Positions 46,139 through 59,100 of a DNA stretch of 64,000 nucleotides are shown here, one piece after another. Every line of letters starts with the position of its first letter. Position 1 is the first letter of the stretch. Below the pieces are notes generated by a model. That model was not told the origin of the DNA, made no database searches, and was given only the letters and a program-made list of their open reading frames with translations. The translations under genes and the position numbers were made by a program. Source of the stretch: Protoeuglena noctilucae (lineage: Eukaryota); assembly GCA_958009085.1 (NCBI GenBank), contig OY253684.1, positions 372,001 through 436,000 on the forward strand. Direction: 5' to 3'.

Positions 46139-49100
46139 ATGACGTCCAAGGATGGGGACCGCACTGTCAGCGGGGTGGAGGCGGAAACGTCGGGCCGCGA
46201 CTCCGGCGCAGGGGCGGAGGCCAAGTCGCGCAAGCGCCGCGAACGGAGCAGTATGCGGTGAGGCCAGGGCCGAGGCTGCGTATTTGGTGACTCATTCCTT
46301 TTCCATATGTCGACTCGCACTTCTGTACGTCGCGTGGTCCCCTGCCGCTGCCCGTGCGCGCTGGAGGGGCTTGCGAGCCGGCGGCCGCAGGGAGGAGCTC
46401 GCCAAGTTCGACCGCGGGCCCCGGGTGGACTTGAAGAGCATCAAGGACAAGAAAGTCAAGGCGAGTTTCCATCATCGACCCGCATTCCTGCACCCGCGCG
46501 GCGGGAGCGCGGCGCGACCGCGGGGACCCGGGCTGCCTCGCTCGCAGGGCCAGATGAAGTACCGCGAGCGGCTTTACAAGGAGGCGCGACACCAGGCGGC
46601 GAAAGTGGGACAATGGCTGCTTCCGGCGGAGGCGGGCGTCCTGGAGGCCGAGGGCATGGAGCGCACGTACCGCTTCAAGCAGGACGCGATCGTGGAGGCC
46701 GTGGAGGAGGGCGCCGCGCGCAAGGTCGTCGATCTCAAGGCAAGGATGCTTGTGACTGTATCAAGCGCTGCGAATCAGACGCGGGACGCGCTGGGCGCAG
46801 CGGCGGCCCTCGGGGTCCAGGGCTGCTTGGGTGAACGCTGGACCGTGTCGCTGTGTGGTCGTGACCGCAGCTGCCGGACCTGGGCCCGTACAACGTCGAC
46901 TTCACGCGGTCCGGTCGATTCGCGGCGCTCGCGGGCCGCAAGGGGCACCTGGCCCTGCTCGACTGGCAGCGCCCGCGGCTGTACTGCGAGGTGCAGGTCC
47001 GGGAAACGTGCCGCGACGTGACCTTCCTCCACAACGAGCAGTTCTTCGCGGTCGCGCAGAAGAAGTACGCTTACATCTACGACAAGCGCGGCCTCGAGGT
47101 CCATTGCCTGAAGGAGACGGTCGAACCCTACCGGTGCGGCGCGGTGGCGGGGGCTGGGAGCGGCCCTGCAGCCGCATACGCTTTGCGTGAAGCCGGGGCC
47201 GGCTTTTTTGTGTGCATGTAGATGTATTGCATGCGCGAAACCGCTCGTTGCGGCCCGCGGCGCGGACGTCAGGTGCAGGCGAGGACTTTCGCGTGTCGAG
47301 TAAACCTGCGGCTTGCCGTCCCCTGCTGCAGGCTGGATTTCCTCCCGCACCACTTTTTGCTCGTTTCTACGGGCGCGGCGGGCGTCCTGACGTACCAGGA
47401 CACGAGCACGGGTCAGATTGTCGCCCAGCACCGCACCCGCCTGGGCCCCTGCGATGTCCTGCGGCAGAACCCTCACAACGCCGTCATGTGCCTGGGCCAC
47501 TCGAACGGGACCGTCACCATGTGGACGCCCAATATGACGTCGCCCGTCGTCCGCATGCTCTGCCACAAGGTGCCTGCCAAGGGGGCTTCGTTGCAGGGCT
47601 GGGCTGCTTGTCCCATTGCACACGTTAAGATGGGTCGGCCAATGCACCCAGCCACTCTCCCATTCCACGTATCGCCCTCGTCTCACGTACCCCCTCACCC
47701 GCTCCGCCCCCACAGGGCCCCGTCCGCGCACTTGCCGTCAACTCCGGGGGTCACTACTTGGTCACTGCGGGCCTCGACTGCCAGGTCAAGGTCTGGGACG
47801 TGCGCACCTACCAGGAGGTCCACGCCTACTTCTCCTCTGCCCCCGCCGACAGCATCGACCTGTCGCAGCGGTGAGAGCGCGGTGGAAAGGGGGCGGGTAG
47901 GGTTGCGGTTGAAGAGGGTTGGGCTCTCGTTGCCTCTCTTTCATCAGCTGAGTGTGCCAATTAATGGGAGCAATACATTTTACGATACAAATAGCGCTAA
48001 GTAATGCACCACAAACAACACAAGACCCCTCCCCTGTCCCGCAGCAACCTGCTGGCGGTGGGCTGGGGCCGCCGGGTGCAGGTGTGGCGGGGGGCGCTGA
48101 CGGCCAAGCAGGATTCCCCCTACATGTCCCACCAGGTCGAAACCGGTTCGATCCGGGACCTGCGTTTCGTGCCCTATGAGGACGTGCTGGGGATTGGGCA
48201 CGCGGGCGGCTTCAGCACGATCCTCGTGCCGGGGGCGGGGGAGGCCAACAACGACTCGTGGGTGAGGGGTGTGGGGGTGGATGTGTTATGTGTGTTATGT
48301 ATGTTTTGTGTGTTACATATGCAGATGAGGCCAACTACGACTCGTGGGTGAGGGGCGTGGGGGTGGATGTGTTATGTGTGTAATGTGTGTTACATATTGA
48401 TGAGGCCAAGTACGACTCGCGGGTGACTTGTTAGATGCTGTTGCTCGTTGGTGTCTCTGACCCAACCACCACAGCCACCACCACCTGCCAATGCTCACTG
48501 CATGTGACGCAACCCCTCTCTCAGGTGGCGGACCCCTTCCAAGCCCCCAAGCAGCGCCGGGAGGCCGAGGTCCGCGCCCTGCTGGACAAGCTTCCTCCTT
48601 CCATGATCACGGTCGACCCTGACGCGGTGGGGAGGGTAATCAAGGCGCCGCTGGAGGTGCAGAAGGAGAGGGCCAGGGAGGCGAAAGAGGCGAACGAGGC
48701 CGCCGCGCAGAAGCAGAGGTGAGGGGTGGTGGGGGCTGATGGGTGATGGAGTGGGGTTCAGTTGTTGGGGTGGTGGGTGGGGTGGGTGGGGGTGGCCATG
48801 CAGAAGCAGAGGTGAGGGGTGAGGGGGGGTGATGGGTGGTGGTGTAAGGGGTGGTGGGTTGTGAGGGGTGGTGGCGATGGAAAGGTAGAGGTGGGGTGGG
48901 GTGCTAGTGTTATAGAGAAACGAGTCCAAGGAGGTCGCAGTTGCTCACATGTATCATGCTTGCTCACACGTACTAATCTCCATCACTGTCCACATCCCCA
49001 GGGACAAGAACGAGTCCAAGGACAAGATGAAGGGCAAGAACAAGCCCACGCGCAGGCACCGCAAGAAACAGGAGAACGTGATACGGGACAGGAACCAGGA

Positions 49101-49449
49101 GATCAGGTGAGGGGGAGATGGGTGCAATATGGTGGCAGATGGGGGGTGGTAGGGGGTGGTCATACGGAACAGGATGCACATTGCTCCAGTCATACAGATG
49201 CTTAGTACGACATCTCATCAGTCCCTCCCGTCGCATCACTCTCATCTCTTTCTCTCTTCCTCTTTTTTCAGAGAGAAGCTGCGCCTGGAGGGCAAAGCCA
49301 CGGGTCCCCGGGCCGAGGCGGCGGCCAAAGCAACGAAGGAGGCCGAGGCAAAGAGAGCCGAGAAGCGGACAAGGGTGGAGAGGGCGCTCGACGGGGTGCC
49401 CAAGCCGCTGCACGGCATCTTCCGAAACAGCCTGCAGAAGCTGGTGTGA
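46139..49449 (+). CDS. WDR46: WD40/BING4CT U3 snoRNP protein WDR46/UTP7
   Basis: [142 protein letters not shown]. Confidence 0.92.
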
Positions 49450-50169
49450 GGGAGGAGGGAGGGAGGGGGGTGTGAAGGGGTTCTTATGCAACAGCTTGCA
49501 GAAGCTGGTGTGAGAGATGGAGGGGGGTGGTTGATGAGCACGTGGCTGTTGCGCTGGAGTGTGGAGGGGGTGCGTTTGCGTGCCTGGGGTGGGGAGTTGA
49601 ACGGAGAAGTCGATTGAGCAGTGAATAAGCTAACCAATGGCTCATGTCTGGGTCGGTGCGAGGATTCGTGCTTCGGCAACGGCACGCCGCGAGTGTGTGT
49701 AACATAGCTACACCGAAGGTGTAGTGTACGTTTTTGGTTCAAATCCTGGCGGACACACGGCCGCCATCTGCATACTACAGAGCTGCGCGTTCGTCCGACG
49801 CCGTCTATGTCTTGGAAAGGGAAGGGGCGTGGGGCGAGCGACGAGTGCGGCACAGAAGTGACCATCGACATGCAGTGCGGCGGGGCAGGCATCGCTGAAA
49901 GGGAGCATGGGCATGAACATACGATCTAATGAACAGCTAACTATACACGATTGTCAAACATCACGTCGCGATCAGCTGGCATGGGACCACCCATGCAGGG
50001 TTGGCCACGGGCAGCAGCGAAGGCGTCACGATTGCACCCCACCCCCTCTGGCACCTCCAGCCTTGTCCCTATCACGACCAACCTCCACCACCACCACCAC
50101 CACCACCACCCCCACTCCACTTCACCAACCCCACCACCTCACCAACCCTTCACCCCCACCACCCCCGCC

Positions 50170-53100
50170 TCACTCCGACAGCTGCGTGAGCAGCGCCACC
50201 CCCCTCTTGATCCAGTGCGACGAGTGGTGCTCGCTGGGCAGCTTGACGTCCATGACAAAGTTGGTCGAGTGGCCAGTGGTCGACAGCACCCCGCGCCTCT
50301 CTGCGGTCTTGTACATGGGGGCCAGGTAGTGGGGTGCGTGCTTGAAGGCCGAGGTCTCCATCGGTTGCATCCAGATGACGGGCATGGGGGTGAACAGGGC
50401 CTGGGGGGTGGGGGAGGGTTGTGGGGTGGCATGAGGGGTGGGTGGGTGAGTGAGTGAGGGTATACGTGCGACGACAGGGGTGAGAGAGTGAGTCCGCTGT
50501 GTCACATCCACACGATTGATTGTCAACATATATGACAAGAAATGCATGCATTCACGAATGATTGACTCGCCTTGGGGTCCGACTCTGCCAGTACGTGTTT
50601 CTTCCAGTCCCACTTGCACCCCTCGATGAACAGTCCCCGGCAGTAGACGCCGTCGGTGGGGGGGTACTCGCACTGGCCGTCCTGGTCGCGGACCTCAAAG
50701 TCAAAGTCGATCTGAGGACAAGGGAGGGGTGGGGGGTGGCCATGAGGGTGGGGGTGTGAGGGGGGTGGGGGTGGTGTTGAGGGTAGCTGTGGGGGTGGCA
50801 GCGGGGGTGGTAGTGGGGTTGTCCTGGGGGTGGTGATATGGGTGGCAGGGAGAGCATCGATGGCAATCGTCGTCTTCCTATCATGTCTATTAACAGCCAC
50901 TCACCATGACCTGTTATATTCAGAGCATCACCGCCCATCCACCGACTCCCTCATCATGTCGATGGCGATCCGTGTCTTCCTAGCACAGCTATCGACAACC
51001 ACTTACCATGCCACGTCCATCAACCATCAACCATCCATGACCCCACTCCCATCTCCTCACCATGTCGATGGCGATCCTCGTCTTCCTGGCGTAGTTCTGC
51101 TTGGCCCCGGTGAGGAATGCCTGGGTGAAGAAGAACCCCGATATCCAGAACACCGTGGGCGGCCCCTCGTCGACCCACTTGCGGAAGAAGTCGCAGCGGT
51201 CGTTGAGCTCGCGGACATACGAGGCCAGGCCCTGGGGGGGAGGTGAGGTGGGGGTGGGGTGAAGGCGATGGGTGGGGTAGCGTTGGGGGTGGCGATGTGC
51301 GCATGCTGGGCAGTACGCCCCATAGTTACAATTACCATGTCACCCTTTACAATACATACCGTAATCACTGACAGTCAGTCAGTCGGCATCACTTGCCTTG
51401 AGGGAGGGGAAGGAGCTCCGCAGCCACATGTCTGGCACTTTGCCGTTGAACATTGCCCTCGCCACCTCCTCCAAGTCGCTGCTCATGATGGCCAAGCCCT
51501 TAACGGCCTTGCCCAGGTTGTGCAGGGAGGTGCGGATGACAGTAAGAAGAGCGTTGACGCGCTCCAGCTCTTGCACCAACACTGGGGGGTGAGGGAGGAG
51601 GGGTGGGGTGTTGGTGAGTTGGGTTTAAGGTTGGGTGGAAGAGAAGGTGAGCTGAGTGGGAGAGAGCGCATGGTAACTGTTCATCTCATCCCTCACCGGT
51701 GTTCATGGAGTTGTGGTAGTCCTGGGGGTACTTCATCGTCGCGTAGTCGATGTCGAAGTTGGCCGGCAGCCTCCCCAGTATATCCGCAGATACCCCCGCC
51801 ACCGCCTCCTCTAACGTCGCCGCCCCCGCCCCCGCGACCCGCGACTGGGTCAGTAGTAACGAATCGATCATCTCGTTCGTCTCCTTTAGGTCTTTAGATA
51901 TGTCCGCGTTGTCGTGCAGCCCGAACGCCTCGGGGGACGCCACCAGGGGCAGCGACTTGATGTGGGAGAGGTAATCCTCGTACTTGCCGTTGGGCTGTGT
52001 TTGGGAAAGGGATGGGGGAAATTGTGCTCATGTAGTAATAGGATCATGACAGATCGTGCTTGTGAAAGCTTGTCATGTTAAACACGCCTGTGATGACTCA
52101 ATGCGCGCAATCAACCCTGTCACCCCTCACCAGCGTGCAGCAGATACCCATCTCACCCCCCAACCCCATCCCCCACCCCCTCTCCTCACCAGCGTGCAGC
52201 AGACACCCACCTCTACCCCCACCCCAACCCCCTTTCTCCTCTCCCCTCACCAGCGTGCAGTAGATGCCCGAGGGCGACGTCTTGTACGCATCATCGAGTA
52301 TCCTGGGCGTGTAGTAGTCATCCAGGATGGTCATCAGAGTGGTGCGGTCGTGGCTGTCGGTGACCTTGCCGCCGTAGTTGCACTCCCCGCACGTGTACTT
52401 GAGAGTATCGTAGGGGATGTCGGGGTACTCGTCCAGGAACACCTGGGGGGGTGGGGGTGAGTGGGAGGGTGGGGGTAAGGGTGGCAGTGGGTGGGGGTGA
52501 GTGAGGGTGGGAGGGAAGCAGTGGGGATGGGGGTGGTTGGGGGGGTGGCAGTGGGGGTGGTAGTCGGGGTGGCAGCGAGGGTGGCAGGGGGGGTGGCAGT
52601 TGGGGTGGCAGTGGGGGTGGCAGTGAGGGTAACCTCGCCTGCAGCTGCCGCATAGTCACCTCACACACGCATGCACCCACCCATGTATACACACGCACCA
52701 CCCCATCCCCCCCACCCACCCCACATCCACTCTCACCTGCAGCTGCCGCACCGATGCCCTCAGACACCCGCAAACGCACCCCATCCACCACCACCCCATC
52801 TTCCACCCACACACCCACATGCACTCTCACCTGCAGCTGCCTCACGGATATCCTCAGGTCGTTCTCGTTGAACTCGTAGGGAATATTCCACCCGATGGGC
52901 CCGAACTTCTTCCTCTCATAAATGATGGAGTGGAAGAGCGCCAGTCCCCACAGCATCTTCCTGAACTCCTTGTCCTTCTTGCAGCCGTAGAAGAACTCCG
53001 GATCCGTGACGGGGTGCATCATGTAGGTGCGCAGCAGCCCCGCCGAAAGCCCCTTGGGCGCCTCGTTGGTGATCTTCACCCCGTTCTCCAGAATTGAGAT

Positions 53101-56100
53101 GGGGAAGGCGGGAGTGGGGTAGGACGTGAGCCATAATCGGAAGTCCCGGTGCACCTTCCCGGCCACCAGCTGCTGCTCGCAGATCAGCTCGAGCGTGGGG
53201 AGGAAGCGTGTCGCCAGATGGCAGTTCTGCAGGCATACCCAGAACCCCTCCTTCATGCCCTCCTGGATCCACCGCTGCGCCACGGGACCCTGGCCCTGGC
53301 CCAGGGACACCGTCTCCAGCCTCGCGCTCCGCTCGGACGCAAACGTGATGAGCGCGTTCATCGGGTCCGACCCGGGGCTCAGCACGAAGATGATGGGGCT
53401 GGTGGGCGACGAGTCGTTGAAGCTGGGCTCGATGGCGAAGGGGACCGGGTCCGTGAACTGCTTGCCCAGCTCGGCCATGACGTAGTCTGCAGGGGGGTGA
53501 GTGGGGGATGTGGAGTGGGCGGGGTGGCTGTGAGGGGGTGGGCATGGGAGCGTATGTGAGCAAGGCGCGCGTGAGTAAGAAAGGGCGGCAGGTGGACAGC
53601 GCAGCTGGGGCGGTCCAGGTGTTCTTGCAACGCGGCGACTTGCGCCCGCACTGGCGCCCGCCAATCTTCTCACCGATGATGCCCGGGATGAGCTTGTCGA
53701 GCCGCAGGCACCGCAGGATGAGGAGTTTCTGGAAGGGCGTGAGCGCGGCGTTCCAGCTCCCCGGGAAGGCCACGCGGTGGGGCTCGTTGGAGTCATACAC
53801 CACGCGCCACAGCAGCGCGTTGGTCTCCACGTGCTCGCGGAGGCCCTCCCAGGGCCCGGGGAGGTCCGACAGTCGCACGATCTCGCCCCAGCTTTTGTCG
53901 GAGAGCCACTCCGGGGCCGGGTTGGGCTGCTGCGTCTCGCCCACGGCCACGCCTCCCGTGAGGAGGAAGCGGAGCTCCGCGGCATCGACGGCGCGGATCT
54001 TGCAGGTCAGGAAGAAGGCGAAGAGGAGCTTGTCCTTCTCGAACAGCGAGCGGCAAACGTTGGTGAAGAGGATCGCGGTGAAGTAGCTGCTGAGGTGGTC
54101 GAGGCGGCGGTCGAGGTCGTCGCTGGGCTGCGCCTCGGCGATCGCGCGCACGAAGAGCGCGTTGAACCACGCGAGGGAGTACTGGTACATTGGGTCGATG
54201 TTTCCCATGTCCGTGACGCAGAAGTAGAGCGTCGTGGCGTGCGACGCCACCGGCTGGTATCCCGCGCGCGCCTCGTCAATTTTGGCCTCCGTCTCGTCCG
54301 CGATCTTCTGCTTTTCGGAGATCTCGTCTGCGAGCACCTTGGAGCTCTGCAGGATGTTGACGGCCTCCTCGTCGTTGAGGATGTTACCCGAGGATGACGA
54401 CAGCACCCGGAGAATCTCGTCCTCGATCTCCTTCAGGCGCCGCTTGTTCTCCGCGCCCTGCACGATCAACTTGCTTTTCTCCTCCTCGAGGTCCGGGCGC
54501 TCCTTCGCGACCACCACGCCCAGCAGCTGGTCCGCCAGCCCCTCGGCCGTAGTGACAAAATTGAGCACCGAGACGGCCGTGCAGAGCTCCGGCGGGAAGT
54601 GCGGGTTGCGCAGCTTCGTCGTGATGTAGAATTTGAACTCCTCGGAGAACTCCACGTTCTGGTCGCCGAGCTTCACCGTCCACGCGCCCGCCTGCTTGAA
54701 GACCTGCTTGCGCAGCAGCGGCTCCAGCGCGGCGTCCAGCGACTCCTCGATGTTCTCCAGGAGGACTGCGGGGGCGATTGGGATGGGTGATTTAGAGGCA
54801 GAGTGGCGCGTGGAGGCGCAGGGAGGGGTCAAAGGGTGCGCGGGTGACACGCGGGTCATGCGGCGGCAAGGGCAGGACTGTGCCCAGGTATGAGGTGTGA
54901 GAGAGGAAGCGAGGCCAGAGAGCGAGGCCAGAGAGCGATGCATGGCGCCACTCGTGGCCCGCACTGTCACCCCTCCGCCACCTGCACAGCCCCACCACAC
55001 CCCCCACATCGCCCGCCAACCCCCCCCTCACCGGGCGTGCCGTACGGGATGCAGTTCTCAAGTGTCCTCAGGAAGTTGGGATCAGAGAGTTTAATAATAA
55101 CCAGCTGCCTCGACTCCTCCATGTTGCGGATCCACCTGTTGGCCAGGCCCTGGGGGTCGATGCACAGCGGCCACCGCCGTCCCATCGTGAGCGCAATCGC
55201 GTTCTCAGCACTAAAGTCGTCCTTGGGGAGACCCTGGATGTTCCACTGCTGGATCTTGACGGGCTCTCCCAGCACGCGGGTGAGGCGGAAGTGGTCCGAG
55301 CAGGGGATGTTGAGCGAGCGGAGCTGCGGGGGTGGGGAGGGGGCGGGGGTGTGAGGGCGGTATGGGGAAGGGAGGGTGGGTGGAGTGACAAGGGGTGCGG
55401 GGGTTGGGACTAAGGGTGGCATTGCATGCAATCACCATTCCTTACTCAACTCCCTCTTACCTCCCACACCATGCATGTACATGCCAGCACCACCGCTACA
55501 CTACCACCACCGCCGCCCCTCCCACTCCCATCTCACCTCCTCGATCCACCGGCTGAGCCACTCCTGCCGGTACGTCTGGGTGTAGGGCCCCAGGTACGCC
55601 ACCTGCCCCGCGGCCAGCAGCACGTCCCCGATGAGTTTCTGGTACTGCTCTGACAGCTCCTGCGCCCTTTGGGTCCACCGGGCCTTCTCGCCCCCGAGCC
55701 CGCTAATGAGCTTCTTGGCCCTCTCCAGCTGCACCTTGCACGTCTGCACTTTATGCTCGAGCCTCACCTTGTTCTCCCTCTTCTCCTCAAACGCCCTTTG
55801 CAGCGCCTCCAGGTCCGCCATGACCTTGCGCAGCTCGGCCTGCTTGGCGGACAGCTTCTCCATCACCACGGCCAGCTCCGCCTCTGCCTGCGCGAGCGAC
55901 GCCTGCTTGGGCCGCACCACGAGCATGGCCTCGTGGTAGGAGTAGATGGCGCACACCCACGCGCACAGGTTGCCCGCCGCCTGGCTCTTGGCGGTCACGA
56001 ACGCCTCGTTGAACTCCTCGTCCTCGATAAAGGGTCGGATCTTGTCGATGATCGCGGGGGAGATACTGTCGCGGTTGTACGTCTTGCACAGCTGCTGGAA

Positions 56101-59100
56101 GCTGGGGTTCGCCATCATGCGCATCCCGGCGCCCCAGTAGTCGAGCTCCATCTTGCCCGTCTTGTCGTTCTTCTTCTTGCCCACCGGCTCCTCGAATAAT
56201 ATGACCACGGCCTCCATGACCTTGCGCACGGCGTCCGCGGGGGACTTGAAGGTCTTGAGCTCCGTGATGGCGTTGCGTGTGAGGCCGTCGACCGCCTTGT
56301 TGGCGGCCACCACGAGCGGCATAGCCACGTCCAGGTCCTTCTGGCAGTCGTCCTTGATGGCCTGGGGTGACAGGGAGGGAGTGGAAGGGTTGGGGTGAGG
56401 TGGAAGGTGAGCGAGAGCGAGGCGAGGTAGGTGCGGGAGCGGGCGAAAGGGCGTTGTGAGCGAAGCTGAGGTGTGAGGTGAGGGAGGTGAGAGACTGACG
56501 TTTCAGCAAGAGAGCCCCCTCTGTTCTCCACACAGCTAAGCATATCTGGCATGCAATACCACCTCCCGCCCCACTCGCCCCATCTTACCTGCACTTTCTG
56601 TGCCTCGGCCTTGGCCACCGCCTCCTCCTCCACCACGACCCGCTTCACCGCGTCAGCCTCCGCCGTCTCCTTCTCGATCACCAGCAGCGCCGCCTCCGTG
56701 TCCGTCACGGCAGCGTCCAGCTGCGGCTGCATCTCAATGATCTGCTCCTTGAGCTTCTCCACCTCTGCCTCGGCCTGGGCCAGCTGCTTGAGGCCGTTCT
56801 CGTACCGGCGCTGCACCGTGGACACCTCGCTCTGCTTGCGGCCCAGCAGGTCGCGGTAGGAGCTCAGCAGCTCGAGGTACGAGGTGGGCGTGACGTAGCT
56901 GTGCCGGCGCTGCTCGTGCAGGTAGCGGTCGGTGAGCGTGCGCATCGACGAGTGGAACACCATGCACGCCGCCGGCAGCGCGTCGACCGTGGCCCCGTCC
57001 ACGCCCGCGTCGCGCAGAGACGCGAGATTGGAGGCCGCGACGGTCGCCAAAGCGTCGTCCGGCCAGCGCGTGAACCAGTTGATGGTGCAGCAGTTGACGA
57101 GCGACGGGAACATGCGCAGGCGGTTGCGGAACGCGTCGCCCACGTAGCTGAACGACAACACGACGTGCAGATTGCGACGGACCTCGTCGAGGAAGAACTG
57201 GTACAGGTTGCCCTCCATCCCGGCCGCGCGGGCGCGGGGCTTGATGTTTTCATACACCTGCGCCAGGTCGCCGCCCGGAAACAGGTTCGGGACCTCGTAC
57301 GTGTTGAGTAAATTGCTAATGTCCTCGACGAACGTCTCGTCCTTGATCTGCGTGTCGCTGAGGAGGAATACGGTCGGCTTGGCCTGCTCGCCCGCCCGCC
57401 GCAGCACCGTGCGGAGGTCGTCGTGCCACTCGTTGACGCCGTACGTGCGCGACAGCTCGATCTGGAACACCCCGAACTCCTCGACGAAGGCCGCGAGGCG
57501 CGTGAGGCTCTGCCGGCCGGACCCGCCCAGCCCCACCAGCAGCGCGTGCCCGCCGGGCTGCTTGATGACGCGCGCGATGCGCGCGACGTGCTCGACCGCG
57601 AACGGGAACAGCACGAGGTTCATTGGCTTCTTGGAGCCCGCGTTGTGGTCGTTGAGGTACTCGCGGCACACGGCCACGAGCGCGTCCATGCTGGCGAACT
57701 CGGTGTAGCGCCGCTCGCCCCCGGGCGCCACGAAGTCGCCGAAGAGGTTGCGCCGGACGTCGTCGATGGTCATCTTGTCCCCGCCGGGCACATTGGGCCG
57801 CGCCACGAGCCGCGCGAACTTGTCCTTGAAGTGCCGCTCCGTGGCCTGCTCGACCGTGCGCAGCAGCCACGCGCGGTCGTCGTCGTCGACCAGTCGGTCG
57901 TGGAACACGCGCAGCGTCTCGTGGAGCCATAGGCGCACGAGCATGCCAGGGTCCGCGACCGACCGCTGGGCCACCGTCATGCCCTGGAACACGCGGCTCA
58001 TGTCGCGCAGGTTGAAGAGGTAGTGCGACTTGGCCGGCGTGGGCAGCAGCTCCTTCTGCACCGTCTGGAAGATGTCGATCGTGGCGTGGATGATGGGGCG
58101 CGAGTGCTTGGTGAACGTCTGGTCGTACTCGTGCTTGCTGAACCACCAATCTAACAACGTGGAGAAGATCGCCACGTTGGTCTCGTGGTCGAACTCCGTC
58201 AGCGACAGCACCGCGTAGTGGCGGAGGTACCGCTGCGTCACCGCGTTGCGCCCCCCGCCCGGCGGACCCATCGCCGCCACGAACTGCACGTTGACGATGT
58301 TTTTGAAGTGCTTCTCGATCGTGTCGCGCCGGTCGTACCACCCCCCGTGGTCCATCCACTGCCGCAGCAGTTCGATCGGCGGCTGAGCTTTGTACTTCTC
58401 CGGCTTGGGCATGTTCAGGTCATCAATGAAGATGGCCATGGTCTTGTTGTTGGGAGGGGCGTAGATCTTGGTGCCCTTCTGGCCGGAGCGGCGAGGGCGG
58501 TCCAGCTTGCCGTCGATGATGTCCTGGGTCATGAGCTCCGAGGTCTGCGTGGGGTGGGGGTGGGGGGGTAAGGGCGGTGAGGGTGGGATTGGGGGTGGCA
58601 GTGAGGGTGGGGGTGGCGAGGGCGGTGAGGGTGGGTGGGGTGGCGTGGGGTGAGGGCGGGGGTGCATGCAACAAGCGCAGTGGACAGCACCACGCAGCCA
58701 CACGACCGCACCATTACCCTCCGCATCACGCAACCACACAACCCTATTTCCACCCACAGCTCTGTCTAGTCCTCGATGATATGCACGAGTGGTGCCTGAC
58801 AGCTACATCATCCCATCTCACCTGAGCCGAGAAGTTGATGAACATGTACGAGTGCGTGGCGGGGTCAAGTTGCTTCTGGAGGTACCCCTTCACATAGATG
58901 GACTTGCCCGTCCCCGTGGGGCCCACCAGCAGCGCGTGGTGGCCGTGCCGCACGAGGGCGTCCAGCAAGAACGTGTACCGGATCGTATCTTGGGTGGGCA
59001 CGATGATGGACGAGTACTCCGCGTCGAGGGGTATCTTGCCCGAGCCCTCCGGGGCCAAGTCCAGCCAGGGGACCCACTTGGCCTTGCTCTTGTCGAACGC

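Noticed and set aside
48241..48426. Direct repeats with spacers resembling a mini CRISPR array (also 18665-18880 and 52126-52260)
   Set aside because: Only 2-3 copies, each overlapping a real eukaryotic splice junction, and no cas genes.
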